Below, in pieces: positions 1 through 9,358 of a DNA stretch of 64,000 nucleotides. Under the pieces are notes generated by a model. The model was not told the origin of the DNA and ran no database searches. It saw only the letters and a program-made list of their open reading frames with translations. Position 1 is the stretch's first letter. Every line of letters starts with the position of its first letter. The stretch comes from Alistipes sp. (GTDB lineage Bacteria; Bacteroidota; Bacteroidia; Bacteroidales; Rikenellaceae): positions 1,390 through 65,389 of the forward strand of contig JAFYRX010000024.1 in the NCBI GenBank assembly GCA_017546725.1, written 5' to 3'. The position numbers and the translations under genes are program-made.

Positions 1-1469
1 TTCTGCTTCATCATCATCGAGCACAATACCGGTGTAAACGTAACGGCTGCGGCAGTCGAAACGGTAAGAGTGATGGTAACCATCCAACCCATAGCGTTAA
101 ACAACACACCAGCCATACCCTGCACCATAGTCAAAGGCAAGAACACGGCGATAGTAGTAAGCGTACCACCCATTACAGAGATACCCACCTCCTTGGTAGC
201 GAAGATAGCCGCCTGCTTGGGCTTAGCACCTCGGTCAATATGCGTAGTGATATTCTCCAACACCACAATGGCATTATCCACAACCATACCGATGGCAATA
301 GATAGTGACGACATCGTGATGATATTGAGAGTCTCTCCTGTAGCCAAAATGTAGATGATGGCAGCCAACAACGAAATCGGAATAGTAAGCACAACCACAA
401 TCGTAGCACGCCAACGGCCCAAGAAGAGGAATACCACCAACATTACGAGCAAGAATGTTGTAATGATGGTATCACGCAACGAGTGAACTGTCGCAATGAT
501 GTTATCCGACGAGTCCATAATCGTAAAGATATTAACATCGGAGGGAAGGTTACCCTTTATCTCGTTAATATAAGCCTGCACGTTTTGGGCAATCTCTACA
601 GAGTTGGCACCAGACTTCTTCTGCACGATAATCATACCACCTTGCTGGCTACCGTGGTATGCCTCTTGAATACGCTCCTGAACAGAATCGTTAATTGAGG
701 CTACATCGCTAAGCAAGACAGGCGCACCGTTGCGATAACCCACTACGAGATTATACATCTCGCTGGGGTCCTCGAACTCGTGGTCAACACGCAATGAATA
801 GGCGTTAGAACCGATATCGAATGAACCTGCGGGAGTGTTACGGTTAGCGGCAGCAATAGCAGACGAAATCTGCTCGATAGAGAGGTTATATGCCTCCAAC
901 TTGCTGGGGTCGCAATATACCTGAATCTCACGCTGGGGGATACCTGCGATAGAGACTGTACCTACACCATCGACACGTGCCAACGGAGTTACAATCTGGT
1001 CATCCAAAATCTTATACAATCCCGACAAGCTCTCATCTGCCGTAACACCCACCATCAAGACGGGGAACATATCAGATGAGAACTTAAAGATGATAGGCTG
1101 ACTCACGCCATCGGGCAGAGTCGAAAGCATATCCAACTTATCGCGCACGTCGTTGGCCAAGATATCCAAATCGTAACCATACTCAAACTCCAATGATACG
1201 ATTGAGATGTTCTCCTTCGACTGTGAAGTAATATCCTTAAGGTGGTCAACACCATTAAGCACGTTCTCGATAGGGCGAGTAACATTGTTCTCGATATCCT
1301 CGGCACTCGCACCCGGATAAGTCGTCATCACCATCATAGCGTTCGACTCGATATCGGGGAATAGGTCGATACCCAATCGCGTAAGCGACACACCACCGAA
1401 AATCATAATCGCCACGAAGAGGATTATGGTGGTTATCGGGTTATTGACCGATGTCTTATATATATTCAT
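1..1469 (-). CDS. RND efflux permease subunit (AcrB/AcrD/AcrF family), runs off the window start
   Basis: Manual translation from ATG at 1469: MNIYKTSVNNPITTIILFVAIMIFGGVSLTRLGIDLFPDIE...TYPGASAEDIENNVTRPIE, a typical AcrB N-terminus; lies downstream of MFP and TolC genes. Absent from the ORF track because its stop is outside the window. Confidence 0.93.
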   Translation of the reverse strand, partial: MNIYKTSVNNPITTIILFVAIMIFGGVSLTRLGIDLFPDIESNAMMVMTTYPGASAEDIENNVTRPIENVLNGVDHLKDITSQSKENISIVSLEFEYGYDLDILANDVRDKLDMLSTLPDGVSQPIIFKFSSDMFPVLMVGVTADESLSGLYKILDDQIVTPLARVDGVGTVSIAGIPQREIQVYCDPSKLEAYNLSIEQISSAIAAANRNTPAGSFDIGSNAYSLRVDHEFEDPSEMYNLVVGYRNGAPVLLSDVASINDSVQERIQEAYHGSQQGGMIIVQKKSGANSVEIAQNVQAYINEIKGNLPSDVNIFTIMDSSDNIIATVHSLRDTIITTFLLVMLVVFLFLGRWRATIVVVLTIPISLLAAIIYILATGETLNIITMSSLSIAIGMVVDNAIVVLENITTHIDRGAKPKQAAIFATKEVGISVMGGTLTTIAVFLPLTMVQGMAGVLFNAMGWMVTITLTVSTAAAVTFTPVLCSMMMKQ

Positions 1470-1508
1470 CGTTCTGTGATTTTCTCGTTAAACAACAAAC
1501 TCATTTGA

Positions 1509-2540
1509 TTAGTTAGCACGCTCAACAGCCAAACCATCCTTCAAAACAGACTGGCCTGTTACGACAACCTCGTCACCATCGGCAAGACCGCTCAACACCT
1601 CATACTTGTCCTGCATACGGCGGCCCAACTCTATCTTCTGGTATGAAACAGTACCATCAGCCTTATAAACATAGATGAAACGCTCACCAGAACCCAACAT
1701 CTTAACTACAGCACGGTCGGGCACAACAACATTCTGGCGAGAGCCGTACTTCATTGTTACGCGAGCATACATACCTGGCTTGATTTGCTCCTTGCCATTA
1801 GGAATCACAACCTCAACAGGGAAGGTGTGAGTAGCGGCATCGATAGAGGGTGTGATGCGGTGAACCTTACCCTCGAAAGTCTGACCAGGAAGAGCATCCA
1901 ACTCGATGCTTACGGGCATACCCTTCTTAAGATATGAGTAGAGATTCTCCGAAACGCTGATAACAACCTTTGCGGGGCTAATCTGCTGTACTACGAAGAT
2001 AGGCTGACTAGCAACCATATCACCATTGTCATAGTTACGTGCAGTGATAACACCAGAGATAGGTGATACCAAAGTGGTGTTCTCCAAAAGATTCTCGTAA
2101 GTAAGTTTGGCAACCTCATATTGAGTCTTTACAGCCTCCCAACTTGCCTTTGACTCACCACCGAACTTATAGAGTTCGTCAGAACGCTCAAACGAAGCCT
2201 TTGCATTCTCATACTGAGCCTTTGCCTGTGCCAATGATGAGTTGTCCAACTCGGCTACCTTCTGGCCCGCAGAAACACGGTCACCTACATCAACCAATAC
2301 GCGTGTGATACGGCGAGGCTGCTGCGGAGTGATGTTATTAACGGCATAACCCTCTACAGTACCCATAAATACGCTCTGCATATCAACATCCTGAGTCTTT
2401 ACAACCTCGGTAGTAACCTTCGGCTTAACAACCTCGGCAGGCTGCTCGGCCACCTCGGCACTCTTCTTGCTATCGCAAGCAACGCTTGCTACACATACAC
2501 CGCAAACAAGCAGTGAACGAACAATTACATTCATTTTCAT
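1509..2540 (-). CDS. RND efflux periplasmic adaptor (membrane fusion protein), lipoprotein
   Basis: Lipobox-like SVAC; MFP motifs VDVGDRVSAGQ, SPISGVI, IKPGMYARV, GLADGDEVVVTG. Confidence 0.93.
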   Translation of the reverse strand: MKMNVIVRSLLVCGVCVASVACDSKKSAEVAEQPAEVVKPKVTTEVVKTQDVDMQSVFMGTVEGYAVNNITPQQPRRITRVLVDVGDRVSAGQKVAELDNSSLAQAKAQYENAKASFERSDELYKFGGESKASWEAVKTQYEVAKLTYENLLENTTLVSPISGVITARNYDNGDMVASQPIFVVQQISPAKVVISVSENLYSYLKKGMPVSIELDALPGQTFEGKVHRITPSIDAATHTFPVEVVIPNGKEQIKPGMYARVTMKYGSRQNVVVPDRAVVKMLGSGERFIYVYKADGTVSYQKIELGRRMQDKYEVLSGLADGDEVVVTGQSVLKDGLAVERAN

Positions 2541-2555
2541 ATCTTATCTCTCTTT

Positions 2556-3905
2556 TTAGTTTTCTTGTGAATATGTACCCTTAATCTTATCCAACGACAC
2601 CTGATTAATCAAGTAGTTGAAGATGGCTGTGCTGCGTGACAACTCGGCCTGTGTATATGCCAACTGTGAGTTATCGACATCAACCAATGTTCCGCCACCA
2701 ACCTCGTAACGCTTAACAGCGATTTCATAACCACGCTTAGCCTGCGAAATATTCTCCGATGAGGCGTGATACTGCTTAAGGCTGGTCTGCATACTGCTCT
2801 CGTACTGCATAATAGCGGTATGCAACTGACGCTCGGTATTCTCGCGCTGCAACTGCAATGTGGTAAGGTTTATCTTTGCCTGATTGATAGCGGCACGACG
2901 CTTACCACCTGAGAAGATAGGCACGTTAAGCGACAAAAGCGCTGTAGATGAGCCCATCCACTTATATTTATTAATAGCCATAGTCTCATCCATCGCATTT
3001 ACCATATAGTTGATAGATGCTGCAAGCGAGGGGATGTTTGTCGCGCGCTGCATACGGAGACTCTGGTTAAGCATACGCTCCTGAATGTCGAACTGACGCA
3101 TTGCAGAGTTGTTGGCGAGTGTTGTTGGAGTATCTACTCGAGCAGTCATCGCTGACTCAAAATCGGCCAACTTACCTGCACAATCGATGTTCTTGTCCAA
3201 ATCAAGGCCCAACAAAGCCTTCATCTGCCACAAGGCTACGATGATAGAGTTCTCAGCCTCAAAGACATTAGGCTCGGCATTGCTGACAGATACCTTTGAA
3301 CGGATAAAATCGTACTCTGAAACTGCACCTACGGCATATTTCTTCTCTACAATCTTATGATTCTCGACAGCATTGTTATATACTCGCTTGTATACCTCAT
3401 AAGAGTCCTTAGCCAACAAAACCTGATAGAAGGCCTTTGACACCTGCTCAATCATATCGATGCGTGACGAGCGAGCCTGCTCAACAGCCAACTCCACATC
3501 CATAGCCGAGAGTTTGAGTGAACGCCACAACTGCGCATTAACCAAAGGCATAGCAGCCGATACACCACCAGAAACGGTGTTGGTGGTACCCATCTTTACG
3601 GTCTGGCCCATAATGTGGAATGAGGGCTTTTCGATATAACGCTGGAATGAACCAGAACCCGTAATTTCGGGCCACAAAGCGGCATAAGTACCCTTCTTGG
3701 CATACTTCTTGGCCACGATGGTCTCATCGGCAATCTTCACCGTAGGATTCTCGCTCAAAGCGATTTCGAGAGCCTGCTCCAGAGTCAAGACCAAAGTTCC
3801 TGAATCAGCAGCGGCACTCCCTGTCTCTTGTGCCATTGCAGGCACCGTTGCTATGCCCAAAAGCATCAACAACGTAAAAAAGAGATTTTTCATCTTCATA
3901 ACCAT
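2556..3905 (-). CDS. TolC-family outer membrane efflux protein
   Basis: Signal peptide, LTLEQALEIALSENP, VPIFSGG, RYEVGGGTLVDV; operonic with MFP/RND. Confidence 0.92.
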   Translation of the reverse strand: MVMKMKNLFFTLLMLLGIATVPAMAQETGSAAADSGTLVLTLEQALEIALSENPTVKIADETIVAKKYAKKGTYAALWPEITGSGSFQRYIEKPSFHIMGQTVKMGTTNTVSGGVSAAMPLVNAQLWRSLKLSAMDVELAVEQARSSRIDMIEQVSKAFYQVLLAKDSYEVYKRVYNNAVENHKIVEKKYAVGAVSEYDFIRSKVSVSNAEPNVFEAENSIIVALWQMKALLGLDLDKNIDCAGKLADFESAMTARVDTPTTLANNSAMRQFDIQERMLNQSLRMQRATNIPSLAASINYMVNAMDETMAINKYKWMGSSTALLSLNVPIFSGGKRRAAINQAKINLTTLQLQRENTERQLHTAIMQYESSMQTSLKQYHASSENISQAKRGYEIAVKRYEVGGGTLVDVDNSQLAYTQAELSRSTAIFNYLINQVSLDKIKGTYSQEN

Positions 3906-3926
3906 TACTTAATTTTATACTTTATA

Positions 3927-4613
3927 TTAATTATTTTCATTCACACTTCCCTCACGCAGTTCGCGTTCCTCACGACGTTGCTTTAGGGTTTTGGGACGTG
4001 GCTCACGCGCAAGCAATTCATCGATAATCTGCAAGCCCTTGACCGTAGCGAGTCCTCGAAGGAAGTTTACCACCATAGCACCAAAAGCCTCCTCGCGGGT
4101 GACATCTTCGGGCAACGACACATTCATATCGTACATAAATATCGCGGTCGAAGAGAAGAACAGGCGAGCCATCAACTCAACATCGACAACAGGGTCTATA
4201 TAGCCATCCTTAACACATTGGTCCAAAGCATACTGCAGACCAGCAAGGCTTGTCTCTGATTGGAAACGTTGCAATCGCTCAAAGACATTTGGATAGAACT
4301 TCTTGAGATTGAAAGCCAATCGTTTCACCATTTCGTCGATATGACCGCCATAGGTAAAAATGCGCAAACTCTCGAGCAGCATCTCAAGCATATTGTCGCA
4401 TTGCTTCACTTTAGCAAAGAGTTCCTTATGACGCTTGACCATCGCATAAACCACACTCTGATAAAGCAACTCCTCCTTATCGCCAAACATCTCGTAGAGC
4501 GTACGCTTGGACATACCGAGCGAGGTTGCCACGTCGTCCATACGGACCGACTTGACGCCCAAAGTCATCATCATTCGCGATACGTGTTCCTTAACTTTCT
4601 CCTGCTGTGTCAT
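3927..4613 (-). CDS. TetR/AcrR family transcriptional regulator
   Basis: HTH motif GVKSVRMDDVATSLGMSKRTLYEMFGDKEEL; ATG 4613 chosen because a promoter motif lies at 4638-4645. Confidence 0.92.
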   Translation of the reverse strand: MTQQEKVKEHVSRMMMTLGVKSVRMDDVATSLGMSKRTLYEMFGDKEELLYQSVVYAMVKRHKELFAKVKQCDNMLEMLLESLRIFTYGGHIDEMVKRLAFNLKKFYPNVFERLQRFQSETSLAGLQYALDQCVKDGYIDPVVDVELMARLFFSSTAIFMYDMNVSLPEDVTREEAFGAMVVNFLRGLATVKGLQIIDELLAREPRPKTLKQRREERELREGSVNENN

Positions 4614-4637
4614 AATTTTTCTAAAATTATACGCCTG

Positions 4638-4678
4638 CAAATATATACAAAGAAAACTGAAAAACAAAAAAAGTTTTC
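4638..4678 (-). promoter_or_regulatory. Bacteroidetes -7 promoter element (TATATTTG) with adjacent inverted repeat GAAAACT-N13-AGTTTTC (candidate TetR operator)
   Basis: caaatata at 4638-4645; inverted repeat arms at 4652-4658 and 4672-4678. Confidence 0.55.
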
Positions 4679-5080
4679 AAGTTTTGCGGTTTTCGAGCAA
4701 TAATTTCACCATTTTGGCCAATCAATGCAAACCTAATTTAAAAATTTGCGTGTTTTCAATTAGCACATAACAAGAAAATGACACTCTACACTTTTGCCAA
4801 TACTTAAAAAGAACTTGACCTTTTGGGAGAGGCAAAGGTAAGCAAACAGCAAAGAATTAACGCAACAGAAGGTACAATATTATAGCCTTATTCGCTCTAT
4901 TTATAGGGCAAAGACTCGGTGCGCTTCACAATAGGACAGAAAATAATAAAAATCGGAATTAACAACAAAGCAAAAAAAATTCTGCTTGAATGACTCGGAG
5001 AGGTAACACCCCTACAACTACAAAGCGAATTTTGTGAAAATAAAAAGGCTGCAAAGGCCGAATAATTGAGTATTTTTGGT

Positions 5081-5088
5081 TATATTTG
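5081..5088 (+). promoter_or_regulatory. -7 promoter element for ruvB
   Basis: TATATTTG matches the Bacteroidetes TAnnTTTG consensus. Confidence 0.6.
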
Positions 5089-5168
5089 CAAAGAATATTT
5101 CCCAACGTAAGCAAGATTGTATAGCAGGCCGAACGGGGAGAAGAGAAATTGCAAAATCGGATACGACT

Positions 5169-6185
5169 ATGGGTATAGACCGAAATATGAGAAACATCGA
5201 GAGCGATGCGGATTTTGAAAACAAAATTCGACCACAAGAACTTACCGCCTTCTCGGGACAGGATAAGATTGTGGAGAATCTGAAGATTTTCATCAAGGCG
5301 GCTCTTATGCGTGGTGATTCGCTTGACCACGTTCTATTGCACGGCCCTCCAGGATTGGGTAAGACTACATTGGCAAACATCATCGCCAACGAGATGGGTG
5401 CGCAACTGAAAACTACATCGGGCCCCGTATTAGACAAGCCAGGCGACTTAGCGGGTTTGCTGACCAACCTCAACGCAGGCGACGTACTCTTTATTGACGA
5501 GATTCACCGCCTAAGCCCTATTGTCGAGGAGTACCTATACTCGGCAATGGAGGACTACAAGATTGATATTGTGCTGGACAAAGGCCCTTCGGCTCGCTCG
5601 ATTCAGATAGAGTTGGCTCCATTCACACTTATAGGCGCCACAACTCGTAGCGGATTGCTCACATCGCCCCTGCGTGCCCGCTTCGGCATTACCTGCCACT
5701 TGGAGTATTACGACACTGCAGTATTGAGTGGCATCGTGAAGCGTTCGGCTCGCATTATCGACATATCGATTGATGACAATGCGGCTTGGGAGGTTGCACT
5801 GCGTTCACGCGGTACGCCCCGTATTGCCAATGCTCTGTTGCGTCGTGTGAGAGATTTTGCAATGGTAAAGGGCGAGGGACACATTGACCTTGAGATTACA
5901 CGTTTTGCCCTTAAGGCGCTAAACATCGATTCGAGAGGTCTGGACCAGATGGACAACAAGATTCTCGCCACGATTATCGAGAAATTCAAGGGTGGCCCTG
6001 TAGGTCTGAATACCATTGCGACTGCCGTAGGCGAGGAGGCAGGAACGATAGAGGACGTTTATGAGCCATTCCTCATTAAGGAGGGATTCATCAAGCGCAC
6101 TCCACGTGGTCGTGAGGCTACCGAGTTGGCATACCGTCACTTGGGATTCACACCCGACAACGGTGGCGAGGGGTTGTTATTTTAA
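5169..6185 (+). CDS. ruvB: Holliday junction branch migration helicase RuvB
   Basis: IRPQ..., [16 protein letters not shown] Walker [34 protein letters not shown]; start moved to ATG 5169, downstream of the promoter. Confidence 0.97.
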   Translation: MGIDRNMRNIESDADFENKIRPQELTAFSGQDKIVENLKIFIKAALMRGDSLDHVLLHGPPGLGKTTLANIIANEMGAQLKTTSGPVLDKPGDLAGLLTNLNAGDVLFIDEIHRLSPIVEEYLYSAMEDYKIDIVLDKGPSARSIQIELAPFTLIGATTRSGLLTSPLRARFGITCHLEYYDTAVLSGIVKRSARIIDISIDDNAAWEVALRSRGTPRIANALLRRVRDFAMVKGEGHIDLEITRFALKALNIDSRGLDQMDNKILATIIEKFKGGPVGLNTIATAVGEEAGTIEDVYEPFLIKEGFIKRTPRGREATELAYRHLGFTPDNGGEGLLF

Positions 6186-6195
6186 TATATTATGC

Positions 6196-6290
6196 TGTCA
6201 TTCCGAAGGAGCATAGCGACTGTGGGAATCTCCAACGTTCCTCGATGTAGGAGATTGCCACGTCGGACTAAAGCCCTCCTCGCAATGACA
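6196..6290. repeat. REP/REPIN-like palindromic element (GTCATT...AATGAC type)
   Basis: Outer arms TGTCATTCCGAAGGAG / CTCCTCGCAATGACA; inner arms CGACTGTGGGAATCTCC / GGAGATTGCCACGTCG. Confidence 0.75.
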
Positions 6291-6342
6291 TAACAATAAT
6301 AACTATTCTTCTTAAATTGACTAACTAAAAACTACACTGAAT

Positions 6343-7467
6343 ATGAAAAAACTTACAATGATGGTCTGTGCTCTGATTTTGGCGGGTACAGCGTTGGCAC
6401 AAAGCCCAAAGGGCGAGCCTGTAATTCCCGTATATCCTAAATTGCTGGATGAGGGCTCATTCTCGATGATTATGGTCCCCGACCCACAGAGTTACACGAA
6501 GTTTGCAGCCAATCAGCCTCTGTTTGATTTGCAGACGGCTTGGATTGCGCAGAACATCAACCGATTGAACATCAAGGCCGCGCTTTTTACGGGTGATATG
6601 GTAGAGCATAATGGCAAGCAGATTTCATATCCTCTTCCGAACGCCTACAATGGCGACCAGACTGGCCGTCAGCAGTGGGAGGCTGTATCGAGAGCGTTGA
6701 GCCGTTTGGATAACCGCTTGCCTTATGTTGTAGCACAGGGTAATCACGACATCGGCCACATCACGGCTACCGACCGCCACTCATTGGCACCAGAGTTCAT
6801 CCGCCCCGAAAGAAATATTAAGTTTGAGAAGTGCTTGGTATCTACTTGCCCTAATTGGGAGGGTGTACACACTATGGAGAACTCGGCTTACGAATTCATC
6901 GATGAGGCGTGGGGTAAGATTTTGGTTATCACATTTGAGTTTGCTCCGCGTGACGAGGCTGTCGAGTGGGCAAAGCAACTCACCGAGTCAGAGGCATACA
7001 AGGACCACAAGGTAATAATCCTCACTCACTCTTGGTTAGATACTGCGGGTAATCGCATTGCCAAAGAGGGTTACACACTATCGCCTTGCAACTGGGCAGA
7101 GGCCGTATGGCAGAAGTTGGTATATCCGTCAAAGAATATCTGCTTGGTTTTGTGTGGTCACACTGGTGCCGCTCCGAAGATTGACGGCGACGTAGCAAAG
7201 ACTAACTTTAAGCCCACATCTTCATATCGCGTTGATAAGGCTGCCGATGGTCGCAACATCCCGCAGATGATGTTTAACTCGCAGCAGGGTGACGGCGACT
7301 GGAACGGTAATGGTGGTGACTGCTGGTTGCGCATTCTGGAGTTCAAGCCCGACGGCAAGACAATCAGCGTACGCACATTCTCACCTATGTTCGCGCTCTC
7401 TAAACTGACACAGCACTTGGCTTGGCGCACAGCAGAGTACGACCAATATGATATTGTGATTGAGTAA
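6343..7467 (+). CDS. Secreted calcineurin-like metallophosphoesterase
   Basis: Signal peptide; metal-binding motifs PDPQ, TGDMV, GNHD, LTHS, CGHT. Confidence 0.85.
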   Translation: MKKLTMMVCALILAGTALAQSPKGEPVIPVYPKLLDEGSFSMIMVPDPQSYTKFAANQPLFDLQTAWIAQNINRLNIKAALFTGDMVEHNGKQISYPLPNAYNGDQTGRQQWEAVSRALSRLDNRLPYVVAQGNHDIGHITATDRHSLAPEFIRPERNIKFEKCLVSTCPNWEGVHTMENSAYEFIDEAWGKILVITFEFAPRDEAVEWAKQLTESEAYKDHKVIILTHSWLDTAGNRIAKEGYTLSPCNWAEAVWQKLVYPSKNICLVLCGHTGAAPKIDGDVAKTNFKPTSSYRVDKAADGRNIPQMMFNSQQGDGDWNGNGGDCWLRILEFKPDGKTISVRTFSPMFALSKLTQHLAWRTAEYDQYDIVIE

Positions 7468-7486
7468 AGAGGATTCATTAGATACG

Positions 7487-7526
7487 AAAGAGGTTGTCCA
7501 ACAAGTCAAGTTGAGACAACCTCTTT
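7487..7526. terminator. Hairpin (copy 1 of a dispersed repeat), probable bidirectional terminator
   Basis: AAAGAGGTTGTC-CAACAAGTCAAGTTGA-GACAACCTCTTT between convergent genes; near-identical core at 14843-14876. Confidence 0.7.
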
Positions 7527-7530
7527 TGCT

Positions 7531-7652
7531 TGGAATTGTATAACAAGAGGGATTTTTAGGCCTGCGATGCTCGAAAAAGCGCAGTTTACTCAGCGTAAAT
7601 GAGCATTTTGAGAGCAAGCATAACGCAGAAATCACCTTGTTAGACAATTTCA
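7531..7652. mobile_element. MITE-like non-autonomous palindromic element (~120 bp)
   Basis: Imperfect terminal inverted repeats TGGAATTGTATAACAAG / CTTGTTAGACAATTTCA; central hairpin GCAGTTTAC-TCAGC-GTAAATGAGC. Confidence 0.55.
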
Positions 7653-7653
7653 T

Positions 7654-8208
7654 TTAGAAGGTGAATCCGAGATTAAGACCCGTTGATGTTTCGGTATGGA
7701 GGAATCCATATTCACCATTGAATGCAAAATCAAATTCAAGGGCAAGGCGGAATCGCCATATCTGTACTCCTACTCTGGGACCTAAAACGCCAAAGATTCC
7801 TGTATCAGTATAGTCAACAGACGTATCTTCAATCAACATTCCAGTACCTAATCCAACACCAATATATGGACTAACCAATCTATTCGGGCACACATTATAA
7901 TCTGCGACAGCCTTGAGGCCAATCTGATTATATACTATTCCCCATTGGGGAGCATCACCCCAAAAGGCCGATTTACCCGTGCTATGGTCATACGAAAGTT
8001 GTGCACCAAAATCTATCTTATCGGTAAAATCGTACCGATATTCAAAGAATGCACCAGGAGCAAAACCTCGACTTGGACCTCCATCGGCTCCGAGTATTCC
8101 ATAGACGTTCAAACCTACTCCAATTTCGTAGTTGTGCTTATCGTTATTTTGCGCAAATGATGATACGCTAACAAGTAGCAATGCCATCAAAACAGTTAAT
8201 CGTTTCAT
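7654..8208 (-). CDS. Small outer membrane beta-barrel protein
   Basis: Signal peptide, alternating hydrophobic strands, SPYIGVGLG, C-terminal GFTF. Confidence 0.8.
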   Translation of the reverse strand: MKRLTVLMALLLVSVSSFAQNNDKHNYEIGVGLNVYGILGADGGPSRGFAPGAFFEYRYDFTDKIDFGAQLSYDHSTGKSAFWGDAPQWGIVYNQIGLKAVADYNVCPNRLVSPYIGVGLGTGMLIEDTSVDYTDTGIFGVLGPRVGVQIWRFRLALEFDFAFNGEYGFLHTETSTGLNLGFTF

Positions 8209-8261
8209 AAATTAAGATTTAAGTGGGGGGGGTAAACAAATTGCTAAAAATTGCATTGCTC

Positions 8262-9275
8262 TTAGAACAATGCCTTGAACTCGTCAAGTGGCATCTTCTC
8301 GACGATACACTCGCCGATGGCACGGGGGAATACGGCATTAATAAAATTGCCTTCGCTCTTCTTATCCTTAGATATGGCCTTCAACATCTGACTCATAGCA
8401 ATGGGCGATTCCAAACAGAAACCGGCTCGCTGAAGAAGATTTTGGATGCGCTCATTATCGCTCTGCGCTAAAATACCACCCTTAACTGCAACCTCGGCAA
8501 TAAGCGACAAGCCTACGGCCACAGCCTCGCCGTGATTCATCTTCGAAGATGTCTTCTCGATGGCGTGAGCCAACGTATGGCCCAGATTCAGCAGACGTCT
8601 GTCGCCCGTCTCACACTCATCACGCTCGACGATAGAAGCCTTGACACTAATGGCACGATATACAATCTGTTGCAGAAGTGTAGTATCACGCTGCAAAGTT
8701 GAAAAATCTGCATTCTCGAGCATCTCGAACAACTCCTTATCGGCAATGATACCCGACTTGATGATTTCAGCCAATCCCGAACGGAACTCACGCACAGGAA
8801 GGGTACGCAACAAATTTACGTCGCAGATAACGAATCGAGGCTGACGGAATGTGCCGACCATATTTTTATAACCATCTACATTTACGCCATTCTTGCCTCC
8901 AACGCTGGCATCAACCTGACCGAGCAATGTAGTCGAAACAAAGCCGAACTCAACACCACGCATATAAGTAGCCGCAGCAAAGCCTGCAATATCGGTCACG
9001 ATACCTCCGCCTATGCCCAAAATAAATGTAGAGCGGTCAGCGCCCAACTCTATCAGGCGGCGGTAGATTGTGTCAATGGTAAGTAACGTCTTGCTTGACT
9101 CACCCAGACCTATGAGGATATGGTCAAAAGGCTCTAGCATAGAGTGATAGTAGCGGTCAAGATTGGTATCTGAGATAACAATAACACGCTTATCAGGCAG
9201 CAAACGCGGCAACAAATCAGCCACACTACCAACACACACTTCGCTATAATCTTTTACCTTTATACTGAAATCCAT
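8262..9275 (-). CDS. aroB: 3-dehydroquinate synthase
   Basis: GGGIVTDIAGFAAATYMRG, QVDASVGGKNGVN, LNLGHTLAHAIE, HGEAVAVG, DKK. Confidence 0.95.
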   Translation of the reverse strand: MDFSIKVKDYSEVCVGSVADLLPRLLPDKRVIVISDTNLDRYYHSMLEPFDHILIGLGESSKTLLTIDTIYRRLIELGADRSTFILGIGGGIVTDIAGFAAATYMRGVEFGFVSTTLLGQVDASVGGKNGVNVDGYKNMVGTFRQPRFVICDVNLLRTLPVREFRSGLAEIIKSGIIADKELFEMLENADFSTLQRDTTLLQQIVYRAISVKASIVERDECETGDRRLLNLGHTLAHAIEKTSSKMNHGEAVAVGLSLIAEVAVKGGILAQSDNERIQNLLQRAGFCLESPIAMSQMLKAISKDKKSEGNFINAVFPRAIGECIVEKMPLDEFKALF

Positions 9276-9300
9276 AACCACATTATATTGAATAGGAGAA

Positions 9301-9338
9301 CAAAAGTAGAACATTTTAACGATAAATTATTAACTTTG
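9301..9338. promoter_or_regulatory. Divergent -7 elements for aroB (9301-9308, minus) and typA (9331-9338, plus)
   Basis: TACTTTTG on minus and TAACTTTG on plus, both TAnnTTTG. Confidence 0.6.
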
Positions 9339-9358
9339 CACCATTAATTTCAATTACT

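Noticed and set aside
4959-5473. Minus-strand ORFs of 123 and 151 aa overlapping the ruvB start
   Set aside because: They overlap ruvB and its promoter and have no recognisable domain.
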